A stretch of 63,489 bases of DNA, the filler included, from Octopus bimaculoides (lineage: Eukaryota), in NCBI RefSeq assembly GCF_001194135.2. It is 7 parts of 7 records of this genome, joined end to end, with 100 filler letters (N's around TTAATTAATTAA, not from the genome) between each part and the next. Parts side by side here need not be neighbours in the genome. Positions count along the whole stretch, not along the records: positions 40,960 to 56,372 come from NC_068996.1; positions 56,473 to 62,119 come from NC_068982.1; positions 62,220 to 63,489 come from NC_069005.1; 4 more parts are not named here. One strand, written 5' to 3'. The notes beneath the pieces were generated by a model. The model was not told the DNA's origin. It was given only the letters and a program-made list of their open reading frames with translations, and did no database searches. Positions 52,972-63,489 of the stretch are shown piece after piece. The position numbers and the translations under genes are program-made. Each line of letters begins with the position of its first letter. Within the stretch, counting starts at the first letter, position 1.

Positions 52972-53240
52972 CACACACACGAAAACACACACACACACAC
53001 ACACGAGCATGAACACGCATACATATATACATTTATACATACATGTATACCAATGTAAGTGTGTGTGTGCATATATATAAATACATATGCGCATTCATAT
53101 CTTTCTGTATGCATACATATAATTTAGAAACAAGTATTTGTATATACTTACGCGTTTGTGTGTTTTAGGCAGTCATATACATACAAATATCTATACATGC
53201 TTACGTATACAATGCCTACCTACCTACCTACCTACATACA

Positions 53241-53273
<33 letters not shown>

Positions 53274-53729
53274 GCATACATGTATACATATATATTAACA
53301 CAGACACACACAAATCTAAATTCTCCTCCTCTTTTTAGATACTAAATACACCTGCTCCCCTTTCAGTATATTTCAATATATATATTAAAAATTAATGATT
53401 TTTCTACAAAGAATCCGTTACACGAATGAAAATACGGTCATATTTCTGTCTAATTTTGAACATATTTTGTTCAATACCAACGTTTTTCCACGTAATTAAG
53501 TCGAGACCAATCAATTATGCACTACAATTCTATCATATTTTTCGTCTGTTCTTTCGTTTGGTTTTTCAAAGTGAGTTTAGTATCACCAACACTTATGAAA
53601 TATCACTGTAAACTGTTATCATACAAAGAAACAAAGAAAGAATTTGTAGATTAATATCTACATCTAAGTTATCGTTCGCCGTCGTCTTTTTAACTATTCT
53701 TTTTAACTATATATTGTATTCGTGTTCAT

Positions 53730-53764
<35 letters not shown>

Positions 53765-53925
53765 TCATTATAAACTTTTCGAATGTAATACACACTGGAT
53801 ATTATCGTGTGTGTGTGTGTGTGTGTGTGTGTNNNNNNNNNNNNNNNNNNTATATATATACATACAATTAAACCTTGGGAGAGGCATTATGCCGGTAATA
53901 AACACACATACATACATACACACTC

Positions 53926-53965
<40 letters not shown>

Positions 53966-54006
53966 CATTATAAACTTTTCGAATGTAATACACACTGGAT
54001 ATTATC

Positions 54007-54038
<32 letters not shown>

Positions 54039-54111
54039 CTGCAAAACATGAATGGTGAATTCAGAATTTTTGTACATCTTTGTATCTAACAGTTTTCTTT
54101 CACACACATAA

Positions 54112-54148
<37 letters not shown>

Positions 54149-54411
54149 ATCTCTCTCTATTTCTCTCTCTCTCTCTCTCTCTCTCCCGTTCTCTCCCTTC
54201 GGCGATTTCTTTTCCTTCTTCACACTTTTCCCTCTTTCCTTTCTGATGCAGAGCTATGCTCGAAACTTTCAAACTCCCTCTTTTCTCTCCTCACTAAGCT
54301 TCAAGCCAATACAGCTCTTGTGCACGTTCTCTTGTCCGTTAATTTTACTCGTTTACTTGCATTGATTGCTTATGTGAGTGAGTGTGTGTGAGTTTGTGTG
54401 TGTGTGTGTGA

Positions 54412-54715
54412 GGGCGCATGGCGTAGTGATTAGGTTGTTCTACTCACGATCACTAGATCGTGATTTCGATTCCTAGACCGGGGTGGGTCCCTTGTATTCT
54501 TGAGCAAAACGCTTCATCTTACATCGCTCTGCGATCACTTCGATACCTGACGCGTTGTACACCTGGGTGCACCTGTTCAGACAACGGTCAATCTGATGGA
54601 GGAAAAGTGAGCTAATGTGTGGCACGTTGATCACTATAAACGAATCCTGTGCGCAGGTCATTCGACAAAAAGCTGAATGCTCATACGTCGTCTTCGATGG
54701 GAGAGTCCATCATAT
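54412..54715 (+). mobile_element. tRNA-derived SINE, separate family
   Basis: A-box-like TGGCGTAGTGATTAGG, B-box-like GATTTCGATTCC, CTTGAGCAA core-like box. Confidence 0.7.
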
Positions 54716-55129
54716 GTGTGTGTGTGTCTGTGTGTTTGTGTGTGGGTGGGGATGTCTGTATACATACATATATGTCCATATGTGTGTGTGTGTGTGTGTA
54801 TACAGAGTGATTATTGTAGTTTTAACTTCACATTAATATCCATCTAATAAGCTGACCTGCCAACATTTGTTGTTGCAGATCGAAGGCGATGGCTGTAACT
54901 ACACTTTGTACACAGCCTATGAAACACTTATTAGAAATAATGTCAATGCCAGTTACAACTGCACCAATAAATAAACTGTATTACAATGAGTGAAATTTAC
55001 AGCTTTTAGGCTCAATAATAAATACGTCACAGTTTGAACGTAGCTGAACGTTGCATGAGGTATCACTCCATTTTAAACGGCAAAAAGTTCGAAAATGAAA
55101 CGGGTAAACAAATGGAAAACAATTAGTAT

Positions 55130-55540
55130 TGGCACGTGCATGGTAAGGAGCTAACTTCCCAACCACATAGCTCCGGGCTCGGTCCCATTGCGTGGCACCT
55201 TGGGCAGGTGTCTTCTACTATAACCTCGCGCCGGTCAAAGTCTTGTCAGTGGATTTAGTAAATGGAAACTGAAAGAAGCCCGCCGTATATACATGTGTGT
55301 GTGTATGCGTACATATGTGTATGTGTGTGCGTCCTCCAATACCGCTTGACAACCGGTGTTGGTGTGTTTACGCCCCCGTAACTTAGCAGATCGGCAAAAG
55401 AGATCGATAAAGTAAGTACTAGACTTTAAAAAAAAATAAAGTGCTACTAGGGTCGATTCATTCGATTAAAACTTCTTCAAGGAGCCCCACACCCGGTATG
55501 GGCGCAGTCAAATTACTGAAAAAGATAAAAAATAACTGAT
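55130..55540 (+). mobile_element. Family B SINE, diverged
   Basis: GTGGCACCTTGGGCAGGTGTCTTCTACTATA...GGAAACTGAAAGAAGCCCG. Confidence 0.85.
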
Positions 55541-55974
55541 TAAAGATAGATACATGAAAAAAAACAATAATAGTAGGGGTGGAGTCAGTTTGTACACAGC
55601 CTATGAAACACTGCTTGTCGCAGCTGATTCGTGCTCAGAATGCAGTTGGGACAGTTGGAAGTTCACTATGCAATAAAGAAACTTATGAAACGCTCCAGAT
55701 TACCTATGGAATAACTTTTTCACTGATACAAAAGGTTCAAGGACGGTAAGAAACAAAGAGCAGTGTAGGAGAAAGAGCAACATTAGAATATCAAAGCTAC
55801 ACGAGAACATTCGCAGTTTACTTGATGAAACGCAATTGTGTATAAATAAAGACAGTAAGCATACAGTTTAGAGTTGCTGTGGCAACTGCACACAGAATTA
55901 CTTATTTACAACATTTGTGAAAATTTTGTTCAGTGGATGCTCAGTAACGAGTACCATGGTAACCAGCTATGAGA

Positions 55975-56279
55975 GAAAGGTAGTCATCAAAACTGTCTCC
56001 CATCCTCTCTACAATCTAGACTATGCTCTCAGTGACTTTTAGCTGTTACCCAAACTAAACGACAGCTTCAGAGACAAGATTAAGAAGGCTGAGACAAGAG
56101 TCCAGTACGTCTTAAATTTGGAGTACTTATATGGCGCCTTCACGAAGTAGCTGGAACGCTACGACAAGTGCATTGAAGTCAGACGATCCTACTTCGAAAC
56201 AGACTGGGGATTTGTATTGCTTTGAAATTAATAAATGTTTCACCTGGAAAAAGTCTCAAAACTTCTAGAATGCACCTTG
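55975..56279 (+). mobile_element. Mariner 3' remnant with right TIR
   Basis: HPLYNLDYALSDF.LLPKL (degenerate YSPDL motif), ERYDKCIEV..SYFE; ends AAAACTTCTAGAATGCACCTTG|TA. Confidence 0.75.
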
Positions 56280-56372
56280 TATGAACACGAGTGCTCAAAT
56301 ATATGCACACCTAATAAATCTATAAATATGTGTATATATATACATATATAAATATATATATATATATATATA

Positions 56373-56472
56373 NNNNNNNNNNNNNNNNNNNNNNNNNNNN
56401 NNNNNNNNNNNNNNNNTTAATTAATTAANNNNNNNNNNNNNNNNNNNNNNNNNNNNNNNNNNNNNNNNNNNN
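56373..56472. other. Artificial scaffold spacer
   Basis: N44-TTAATTAATTAA-N44. Confidence 0.95.
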
Positions 56473-56718
56473 TTTTATTATATTTATCTTATGATATTTA
56501 CTTTACTTTATATTATACTCATTTATTGTGCTTTTAATTATTAATTTTTCTATATGTGATAGTGGATTTTCATCGATGAGTTCTTGAAAATTGGTTATTT
56601 TCCCTAAAACTATATATATTTTATATATACTTTATCTATAAGGCTCAATTTAATTTTAATTTTTTATAAATTGATTTTAATTGAGTTTTTTACCTGTAAT
56701 TTTGGATTTTGTCCCTAA

Positions 56719-56757
<39 letters not shown>

Positions 56758-56821
56758 GACCTAAAGGCAGAAATATATATGTCACTAAAGTGAACAAAGG
56801 CACTATAGGTTTTCACAAGCC

Positions 56822-56950
56822 ACTCGTATATCCCTAGCTTACTCAGAGGCCCACCATGTCACACAACAGGGTATTCTGCCAAAGGCTTTCTCCACATCGA
56901 CAAATGCCAAGTACAGTAGTTTATTCTTAGCCAAATACTTCTCCTTTATA
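56822..56950 (-). mobile_element. RTE reverse transcriptase fragment
   Basis: EKYLAKNKLLYLAFVDVEKAFGRIP..VTWWA is the RT motif F.D.EKAFD.VP. Confidence 0.85.
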
Positions 56951-57032
56951 TTTATGTATATTTGTGTGGAATAAAATAATTGTTTTCTTCCCCCGTCCCC
57001 TCTCACACATATATATATATAATATAAATATA

Positions 57033-57443
57033 TAGGTGCAGGAGTGGCCGTGTGGTAAGTAGCTTGCTTACCAACCACATGATTCCGGGGTCAGTTCCAC
57101 TGTGTAGCACTTGGGCAAGTGTCTTCTATAGCCTTGTACCCACCAAAGCCTTGTGAGTGGATTTGATAGATGGAAACTGAAAGAAGCCTGTAGTATATAT
57201 ATGTGTGTGTGTGTGTATGTGTGTGTGTGTGTGTGTGTGTGTATTTGTGTCTGTACCCCCACCATCACTTGACAACAAATGTTGGTGCGTTTACATCCCT
57301 GTAATTTAGCAGTTTGGCAAAATACACTGATGTAATAAGTACTTGGCTTACAAAGAATAAGTCCTGGGGTTGATTTGTTCAACTAAAAGCAGTGCTCTAG
57401 CAATGGCTGCAGGCAAAGACCGAAACAAGTAAAAGAATAAAAG
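57033..57443 (+). mobile_element. Family B SINE, full length
   Basis: Head TAGGTGCAGGAGTGGCCGTGTGGTAAG, CTTGGGCAAGTG box, A-rich tail. Confidence 0.9.
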
Positions 57444-57472
57444 TATATATATATAAATATATGCCGCCGAAT

Positions 57473-57735
57473 TGGCTCCTGTGCAGGTGGCACGTAAAAT
57501 ACACCATTTTGAGCGTGGCCGTTGCCAGTACCACCTGACTGGCCTTCATGCTGATGGCACGTAAAAGCACCCACTACACTCTCGGAGTGGTTGGCGTTAG
57601 GAAGGGCATCCTGCTGTAGAAACTCTGCCAAATCAGATTGGAGCCTGGTGTAGCCATCTGGTTTCACCAGTCCTCAGTCAAATCGTCCAACCCATGCTAG
57701 CATGGAAAGCGGACGTTAAACGATAATGATGATAT
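57473..57735 (+). mobile_element. SINE with an RTE-like 3' tail
   Basis: GGTTGGCGTTAGGAAGGGCATCC...GGACGTTAAACGATAATGATGAT. Confidence 0.85.
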
Positions 57736-58479
57736 ATATATATATTAATAGTAATGGTAAGACAACAAAAGATTGAAAGAGACCTCGATATTATGTAAAT
57801 AGAGGAATTTATCTGTAATATAATATGTGACAATTATTCAGTTGCTATAATANNNNNNNNNNNNNNNNNNNNNNNNNNNNNNNNNNNNNNNNNNNNNNNN
57901 NNNNNNNNNNNNNNNNNNNNNNNNNNNNNNNNNNNNNNNNNNNNNNNNNNNNNNNNNNNNNNNNNNNNNNNNNNNNNNNNNNNNNNNNNNNNNNNNNNNN
58001 NNNNNNNNNNNNNNNNNNNNNNNNNNNNNNNNNNNNNNNNNNNNNNNNNNNNNNNNNNNNNNNNNNNNNNNNNNNNNNNNNNNNNNNNNNNNNNNNNNNN
58101 NNNNNNNNNNNNNNNNNNNNNNNNNNNNNNNNNNNNNNNNNNNNNNNNNNNNNNNNNNNNNNNNNNNNNNNNNNNNNNNNNNNNNNNNNNNNNNNNNNNN
58201 NNNNNNNNNNNNNNNNNNNNNNNNNNNNNNNNNNNNNNNNNNNNNNNNNNNNNNNNNNNNNNNNNNNNNNNNNNNNNNNNNNNNNNNNNNNNNNNNNNNN
58301 NNNNNNNNNNNNNNNNNNNNNNNNNNNNNNNNNNNNNNNNNNNNNNNNNNNNNNNNNNNNNNNNNNNNNNNNNNNNNNNNNNNNNNNNNNNNNNNNNNNN
58401 NNNNNNNNNNNNNNNNNNNNNNNNNNNNNNNNNNNNNNNNNNNNNNNNNNNNNNNNNNNNNNNNNNNNNNNNNNNNNNA

Positions 58480-58827
58480 CCTTTTTGAGCTCCATGTGTC
58501 TAACACATGTGGGCATGCCTACAAAGTCAGAAAACAGCACAACTCCCATCACTTTCGGAGACATTCTTTCACACTCAGAGTTACTGAAACATGGAACAAA
58601 CTACCTGCATCAGTTGTTTGTTGCCGAAACGTTGCATCCTTTAAAACCTCCATGCTTCCTGAAATTCACCAACACTACACCTGATATCCCCCTATCCTCC
58701 CCTCCATATGCATCCACACCTGTATATCATGACTCATACACTGTTCACTTTCCTGACTTTTGCACATAATTCCATGTACTGTACATGCACTTTTGATACG
58801 TTGTAGTGCACTTGAGCATTATAATTG

Positions 58828-58830
<3 letters not shown>
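58480..58830 (+). mobile_element. CR1-clade LINE 3' end with (ATT)n tail
   Basis: GHAYKVRKQ...RRHSFTLRVTETWNKLPASVV...SFK is the CR1 C-terminal motif (GH..K...R..F..RV...WN.LP..V...FK). Confidence 0.88.
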
Positions 58831-58869
<39 letters not shown>

Positions 58870-61800
58870 AAGATCCACAGTGATGACATAGACCTAGGAT
58901 GAATGAGTGAGAAAGATCATGAGTGAGCTGGCACTCAGAGTGAATAGAGGATGATGATAAGCAGGAGATGATAGAAGGGTAGAAGTAGGGTACACTGGAC
59001 CCAGGGGGTCCTATATAGCCAATATAGGACCAATACATAGGCGTCAAGATGGGTTTGAGTGATGAGAGTGGTGGCAGGGGAATGGAAAACAGCTGCATGT
59101 GTGTGCATGTGCGTATGTATATTTGTACATTTCTATATGTGTGTATGTAGTTGCACATCTCTATGTATGTCTGTATGTGTACTTGCCCATCTCTGCATAT
59201 GTGCGTGTGTGTGTGTGTGTGTACTTGCACACATATCTCAATATGTTTTTTAATATCCTGGCCAGATCTAACATCTGGATTGTTTTAGACAGCCCACACC
59301 AAAAAAAGTAAAACACAAATCAATTTTTAAAAAAAATTATATTTCTAGAGAGAAGGCCACTGAAAGCATGCTTGAGGGCCTCATGCAGCCCTCAGAGCCA
59401 CAGATGAGAACCCCTGCTTTAGAAGGTTTCACACTATTAATAGTTTAACATTTTGGGACAAGTCAGCAGTTTTGAGGTCAGTTATTAGTCAATACCATCG
59501 ACCCTTGTACACGACTGGTATTTTATTTTATCAACCCTGGACAGATAAAAATTCTCTGAGCAGCAAGATAACTCCTGCTCTACATTAGTCAATTGAACAA
59601 CTAAAAGTATTGGAATTTCATTCTTCCATTGTGTTTCAAAGACATTTCAGTAGAAACTAATTGAAATAGCAATTAGAACAGAATACCCCACCACCACCAC
59701 CACCACCACTCCACCACCACCACCACCATTACCACCACCACCACCACCACCACCACCACCNNNNNNNNNNNNNNNNNNNNNNNNNNNNNNNNNNNNNNNN
59801 NNNNNNNNNNNNNNNNNNNNNNNNNNNNNNNNNNNNNNNNNNNNNNNNNNNNNNNNNNNNNNNNNNNNNNNNNNNNNNNNNNNNNNNNNNNNNNNNNNNN
59901 NNNNNNNNNNNNNNNNNNNNNNNCACCACCATTACCACCACCATTACCACCACCACCACCACCACCACCACCACCACCAGTTCCTATTTCTCTGTTGCAT
60001 AAACAAGTTTCACATTTAACAGAAACTAATTTCTGTGGAATGAACTCAATCCATTCCAAGGATGACATATTCTGCCAGAAATTCTAACATCAAGAGTTGC
60101 TGATGTTGTTTAGCAGTGGTCAACCTTGTTCAAACAGACCTATGATCAAATGAAACCCAACCATGACTATCACATCAAGGTGTGTCTCTAATACTACATT
60201 GTTAAATGTATCCCTTTCTTTCAGACAGTAGGGTGTAATTTGAAAGAGATTGGCTGCTATTTCTAGCAGGTCCAGCAATCACACTTTACATATTAATAAA
60301 ATGAAAGTAGATACAAGACATGGTTCTAGCTAAACAGATAAACAAGGGAATCATGGGTGGAGAGTCTTTGATTCGTAGTCTATTCAATCAAGGCTGACCC
60401 AGGGCTAAGCAACTTCTCTCCTTGACTTTACCTTCCTATTTCTTATGTTGTTAATTAATGGTTAATTAATGAACTAAAACAATTGACTTATACTTGTCTA
60501 TACCCTCTCTCTCCATCAAGTAGAGGATGCACTTCACACAAGGTATGGTTCCTCACCACCACTACCAACACCACCACCACCACCACCATCAGTCTATATG
60601 TTATATTAAACTCAAATTTTTCAACCTCCTTAAATTTTTAGATAAACACAAAATTGATTTATATATNNNNNNNNNNNNNNNNNNNNNNNNNNNNNNNNNN
60701 NNNNNNNNNNNNNNNNNNNNNNNNNNNNNNNNNNNNNNNNNNNNNNNNNNNNNNNNNNNNNNNNNNNNNNNNNNNNNNNNNNNNNNNNNNNNNNNNNNNN
60801 NNNNNNNNNNNNNNNNNNNNNNNNNNNNNNNNNNNNNNNNNNNNNNNNNNNNNNNNNNNNNNNNNNNNNNNNNNNNNNNNNNNNNNNNNNNNNNNNNNNN
60901 NNNNNNNNNNNNNNNNNNNNNNNNNNNNNNNNNNNNNNNNNNNNNNNNNNNNNNNNNNNNNNNNNNNNNNNNNNNNNNNNNNNNNNNNNNNNNNNNNNNN
61001 NNNNNNNNNNNNNNNNNNNNNNNNNNNNNNNNNNNNNNNNNNNNNNNNNNNNNNNNNNNNNNNNNNNNNNNNNNNNNNNNNNNNNNNNNNNNNNNNNNNN
61101 NNNNNNNNNNNNNNNNNNNNNNNNNNNNNNNNNNNNNNNNNNNNNNNNNNNNNNNNNNNNNNNNNNNNNNNNNNNNNNNNNNNNNNNNNNNNNNNNNNNN
61201 NNNNNNNNNNNNNNNNNNNTGTGTGTGTGGCTATTATAGCATTGCCAACAGATTTCATACAGTCAGGGTTGGGCTACACAACTCAGTCATAAAACTGAAG
61301 AAGCTGAAAGAGAGTGGGTGGGGGTGGTGAGATGTCTCACCCTGCTTTTCTTCCTCTAACCACAAGAAGTGAAGGGATTGGTTCTTTGTGTGTGTGCTTG
61401 CATGTATACTCACATACACGCACATGCGTGCGTGCATACACACACGCACACACACACACACTAAAACCACCTTCGCCATCTGTCAACTCTGGTGAATTCT
61501 ATTACCATGAAAATTACTTTATTTTTCCATTCTGACACAAAACAGTCATAAACCAGACTGACAGAGAGTGTGTTGTGTAATCTTATCAGAGGTGGCTTTA
61601 TTCTATCCTAACATTGCAAACCAACCTATTCGATCCACTCACTGCACCCACATGTAAGTATCCTCTCTCTCTGTCTCTCTCTCTCTCTTCCAGCCATCAT
61701 CCCTACTATGACTTTATCTCCCATACCCCAGACCAGAAACTTGGCCCCAACCATCCAGTCTGAAGAGAAGTGCACCCTTCAAAAACTGCCTCCCCCCACC

Positions 61801-62086
61801 TCATGTCTCTCAAGAATTCTCCCCTCCACATGAACTACATAGACCTCACCCATTTGTCTTATACACCCAACTCTTCTAACGAAGGAAATCTTAAACAAAA
61901 CAGACAAAAATAACAACAAAGGCAGGGATGAGAACTGCCTCGCCTTTTCCACAACAACAACAACAACAACAATACTCCTGCACACATCTACCACCACTGT
62001 CTGAATATACACCAACACACACAGGCTACCAAGATGGCAGATGTAATTGATAGTACAAAGGAAAGAGAGCAAAAGAGAGAGAGAGG

Positions 62087-62119
<33 letters not shown>

Positions 62120-62219
62120 NNNNNNNNNNNNNNNNNNNNNNNNNNNNNNNNNNNNNNNNNNNNTTAATTAATTAANNNNNNNNNNNNNNNNNNNNNNNNN
62201 NNNNNNNNNNNNNNNNNNN
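62120..62219. other. Artificial scaffold spacer
   Basis: N44-TTAATTAATTAA-N44. Confidence 0.95.
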
Positions 62220-62431
62220 TTATGCATTACGTGAAATTACATTAAAATTATATAATTTTATAATTGTATACAAAAATACATATATATACACAATTAGATA
62301 TATATACATACTAAGTCTAATTATGTCTTTGATGTGGATATTATGCATTACGTGAAATTACATTAAAATTATATAATTTTATAATTGTATACAAAAATAC
62401 ATATATATACACAATTAGATATATATACATA
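62220..62431. repeat. Tandem duplication, period 121 bp, at a contig edge
   Basis: TTATGCATTACGTGAAATTAC... at 62220 and 62341. Confidence 0.85.
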
Positions 62432-62460
62432 TAATATGTGTGTGTGTACATATATATATA

Positions 62461-62700
62461 AGGCAGTTGTATACTGTCAACTTAACGCGACGGTCCCAAT
62501 AAGGGAATCATACTGCTGCTATTTAGCCCTAGGAAGCTGGAACGCTTCCTGTCGACCTTGACACATTTCCTGTGTCCATATGTTTATGAGGGAGAGACAA
62601 GCACCTCCACACAGCCTAGCCTGCATTCAGGGACATGTTTCTGAGTCTTTCCGCGTCATCAGCATGAAGTAGCACGACCAGCTGGCTGAAGATGCTTGTA
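62461..62700 (-). mobile_element. About 240-bp structured element between (TA)n runs, carrying a hammerhead motif
   Basis: GC-balanced island with hairpins AGGAAGC/GCTTCCT (62531-62550) and GACACA/TGTGTC (62560-62576) plus the hammerhead core. Confidence 0.5.
62626..62668 (-). ncRNA. Minimal type I hammerhead ribozyme-like motif with degenerate helix II
   Basis: Minus strand: TTCATG-CTGATGA-CGCGGAAAGACTCA-GAAA-CATG-TC-CCTGAA; helix I 5 of 6 bp, exact core boxes, palindromic CATG loop, GTC triplet. Confidence 0.65.
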
Positions 62701-62707
62701 TATATAT

Positions 62708-62850
62708 ATACGGCAGGATTCCTTCAGTTTCCATCTATTAAATACACTCACAAGGCTTTCAAGGCACTTGCACACTGCTACGCGGTGGGACTGAACCTGG
62801 AACCGTGTGGTTGGTAAGCAAGCTACTTAATACACAGCCACTCCTGCGCG
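62708..62850 (-). mobile_element. Family B SINE, 5' part with an internal deletion
   Basis: GGGACTGAACCTGGAACCGTGTGGTTGGTAAGC...CACAGCCACTCCTGCG. Confidence 0.85.
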
Positions 62851-62859
62851 TATATATTC

Positions 62860-63060
62860 TTTGATTGGCTAAGACCAGCACTTTGCTCTGGCAAAATGCT
62901 TCGCTCCGTTCGACGTCAGGCCAATCATCAGTTTGCCATTGTGGAACAGTTAACATTCGATTGGTTTTGTTATAGCATAATCACAGATATTAAAGCGACG
63001 GGTTTCTCTGCTAAAGGCAAAGAAACACCAAATTTTCAATTTCACGTCACGTTGTCTGTT
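62860..63060. promoter_or_regulatory. Possible promoter: CCAAT and CRE-like cluster
   Basis: ATTGG 62864-62868, CCAAT 62921-62925, ATTGG 62960-62964, CGACGTCA 62911-62918, TCACGTCA 63042-63049 in a CpG-retaining non-repeat stretch. Confidence 0.35.
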
Positions 63061-63489
63061 TTCACTGTATGATATTATTTAAAACTCTCGATTTGTGAAC
63101 ATGTCGAGCGCGAATCCGAACACAAATCTGAAACTTGCCATTCTCACACAAACACAGAGACACACAGACACACAGACAAACACACAAACACACACAACAA
63201 TGGCCAGTAGACGTAAAATTGTTTTCACCATGGAGATAAACAAGATTTATTAGCATGTTTTATCGTCTGGTTACTATTTCAGGAAGAAAATGAGGTCAGT
63301 TTCTTGTGGTCATTCGTTTAAAAACCGGAAGGTGGTCCGAACCGAAACGAAATATCTGTAATTGCGAAATTGCACATAGACACACGCACACACATACACA
63401 TCTATACACACACATGATGCACATAAACATGCAAGTACAGTACACAAACTCGCGCACACACACACATATATATGTGCGTGCATATTGTT

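Noticed and set aside
53733-54033. About 100-bp duplication across a short N gap
   Set aside because: Flanks a gap and consists largely of microsatellite; probably an overlap artefact.
62883-62938. Second CTGATGA on the minus strand with a perfect 7-bp flanking helix (TGGCAAA/TTTGCCA)
   Set aside because: No GAAA plus UH arrangement and no helix II can be built (GAAGCAT precedes the 3' arm), so it does not meet the hammerhead core; it also overlaps a CCAAT box.

Overview
AT-rich, microsatellite-dense eukaryotic DNA, most likely from an octopus (cephalopod) assembly. This is inferred from the SINE families and repeat texture, not from a database match. The window has many N gaps and six artificial 100-bp scaffold spacers (N44-TTAATTAATTAA-N44). 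Almost all ORFs in the supplied track are noise from microsatellites or N runs. Two genes are supported, both on the minus strand. (1) A spliced SUSD2/Mesh-like gene with NIDO and IPT/TIG domains, reconstructed by hand from phase-compatible exons 26610-26287, 24309-24214, 21120-20946, 20301-20038 and 18782-18616. A probable extra exon pair (19863-19593, 19484-19321) appears to duplicate the post-IPT segment; the 5' and 3' ends were not resolved. (2) A 190-aa ankyrin-repeat ORF (12268-11696) whose splice acceptor is directly followed by a strong donor (AG|GTAAAT). The rest is transposon debris: two abundant tRNA-type SINE families, mariner/Tc1 and hAT remnants, a Ty3/gypsy LTR with PBS and gag, RTE and CR1 LINE pieces, Penelope-like repeats, and R4/Dong-like RLE retroelements that all abut (AAT)n arrays. 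The most unusual signals are two minimal hammerhead-ribozyme-like motifs (62626-62668 minus, 37941-37977 plus), a perfect 26-bp hairpin at 33719-33791, and the possible frame-preserving cassette in the NIDO gene. No CRISPR arrays, rRNA genes or intact tRNA genes were seen.
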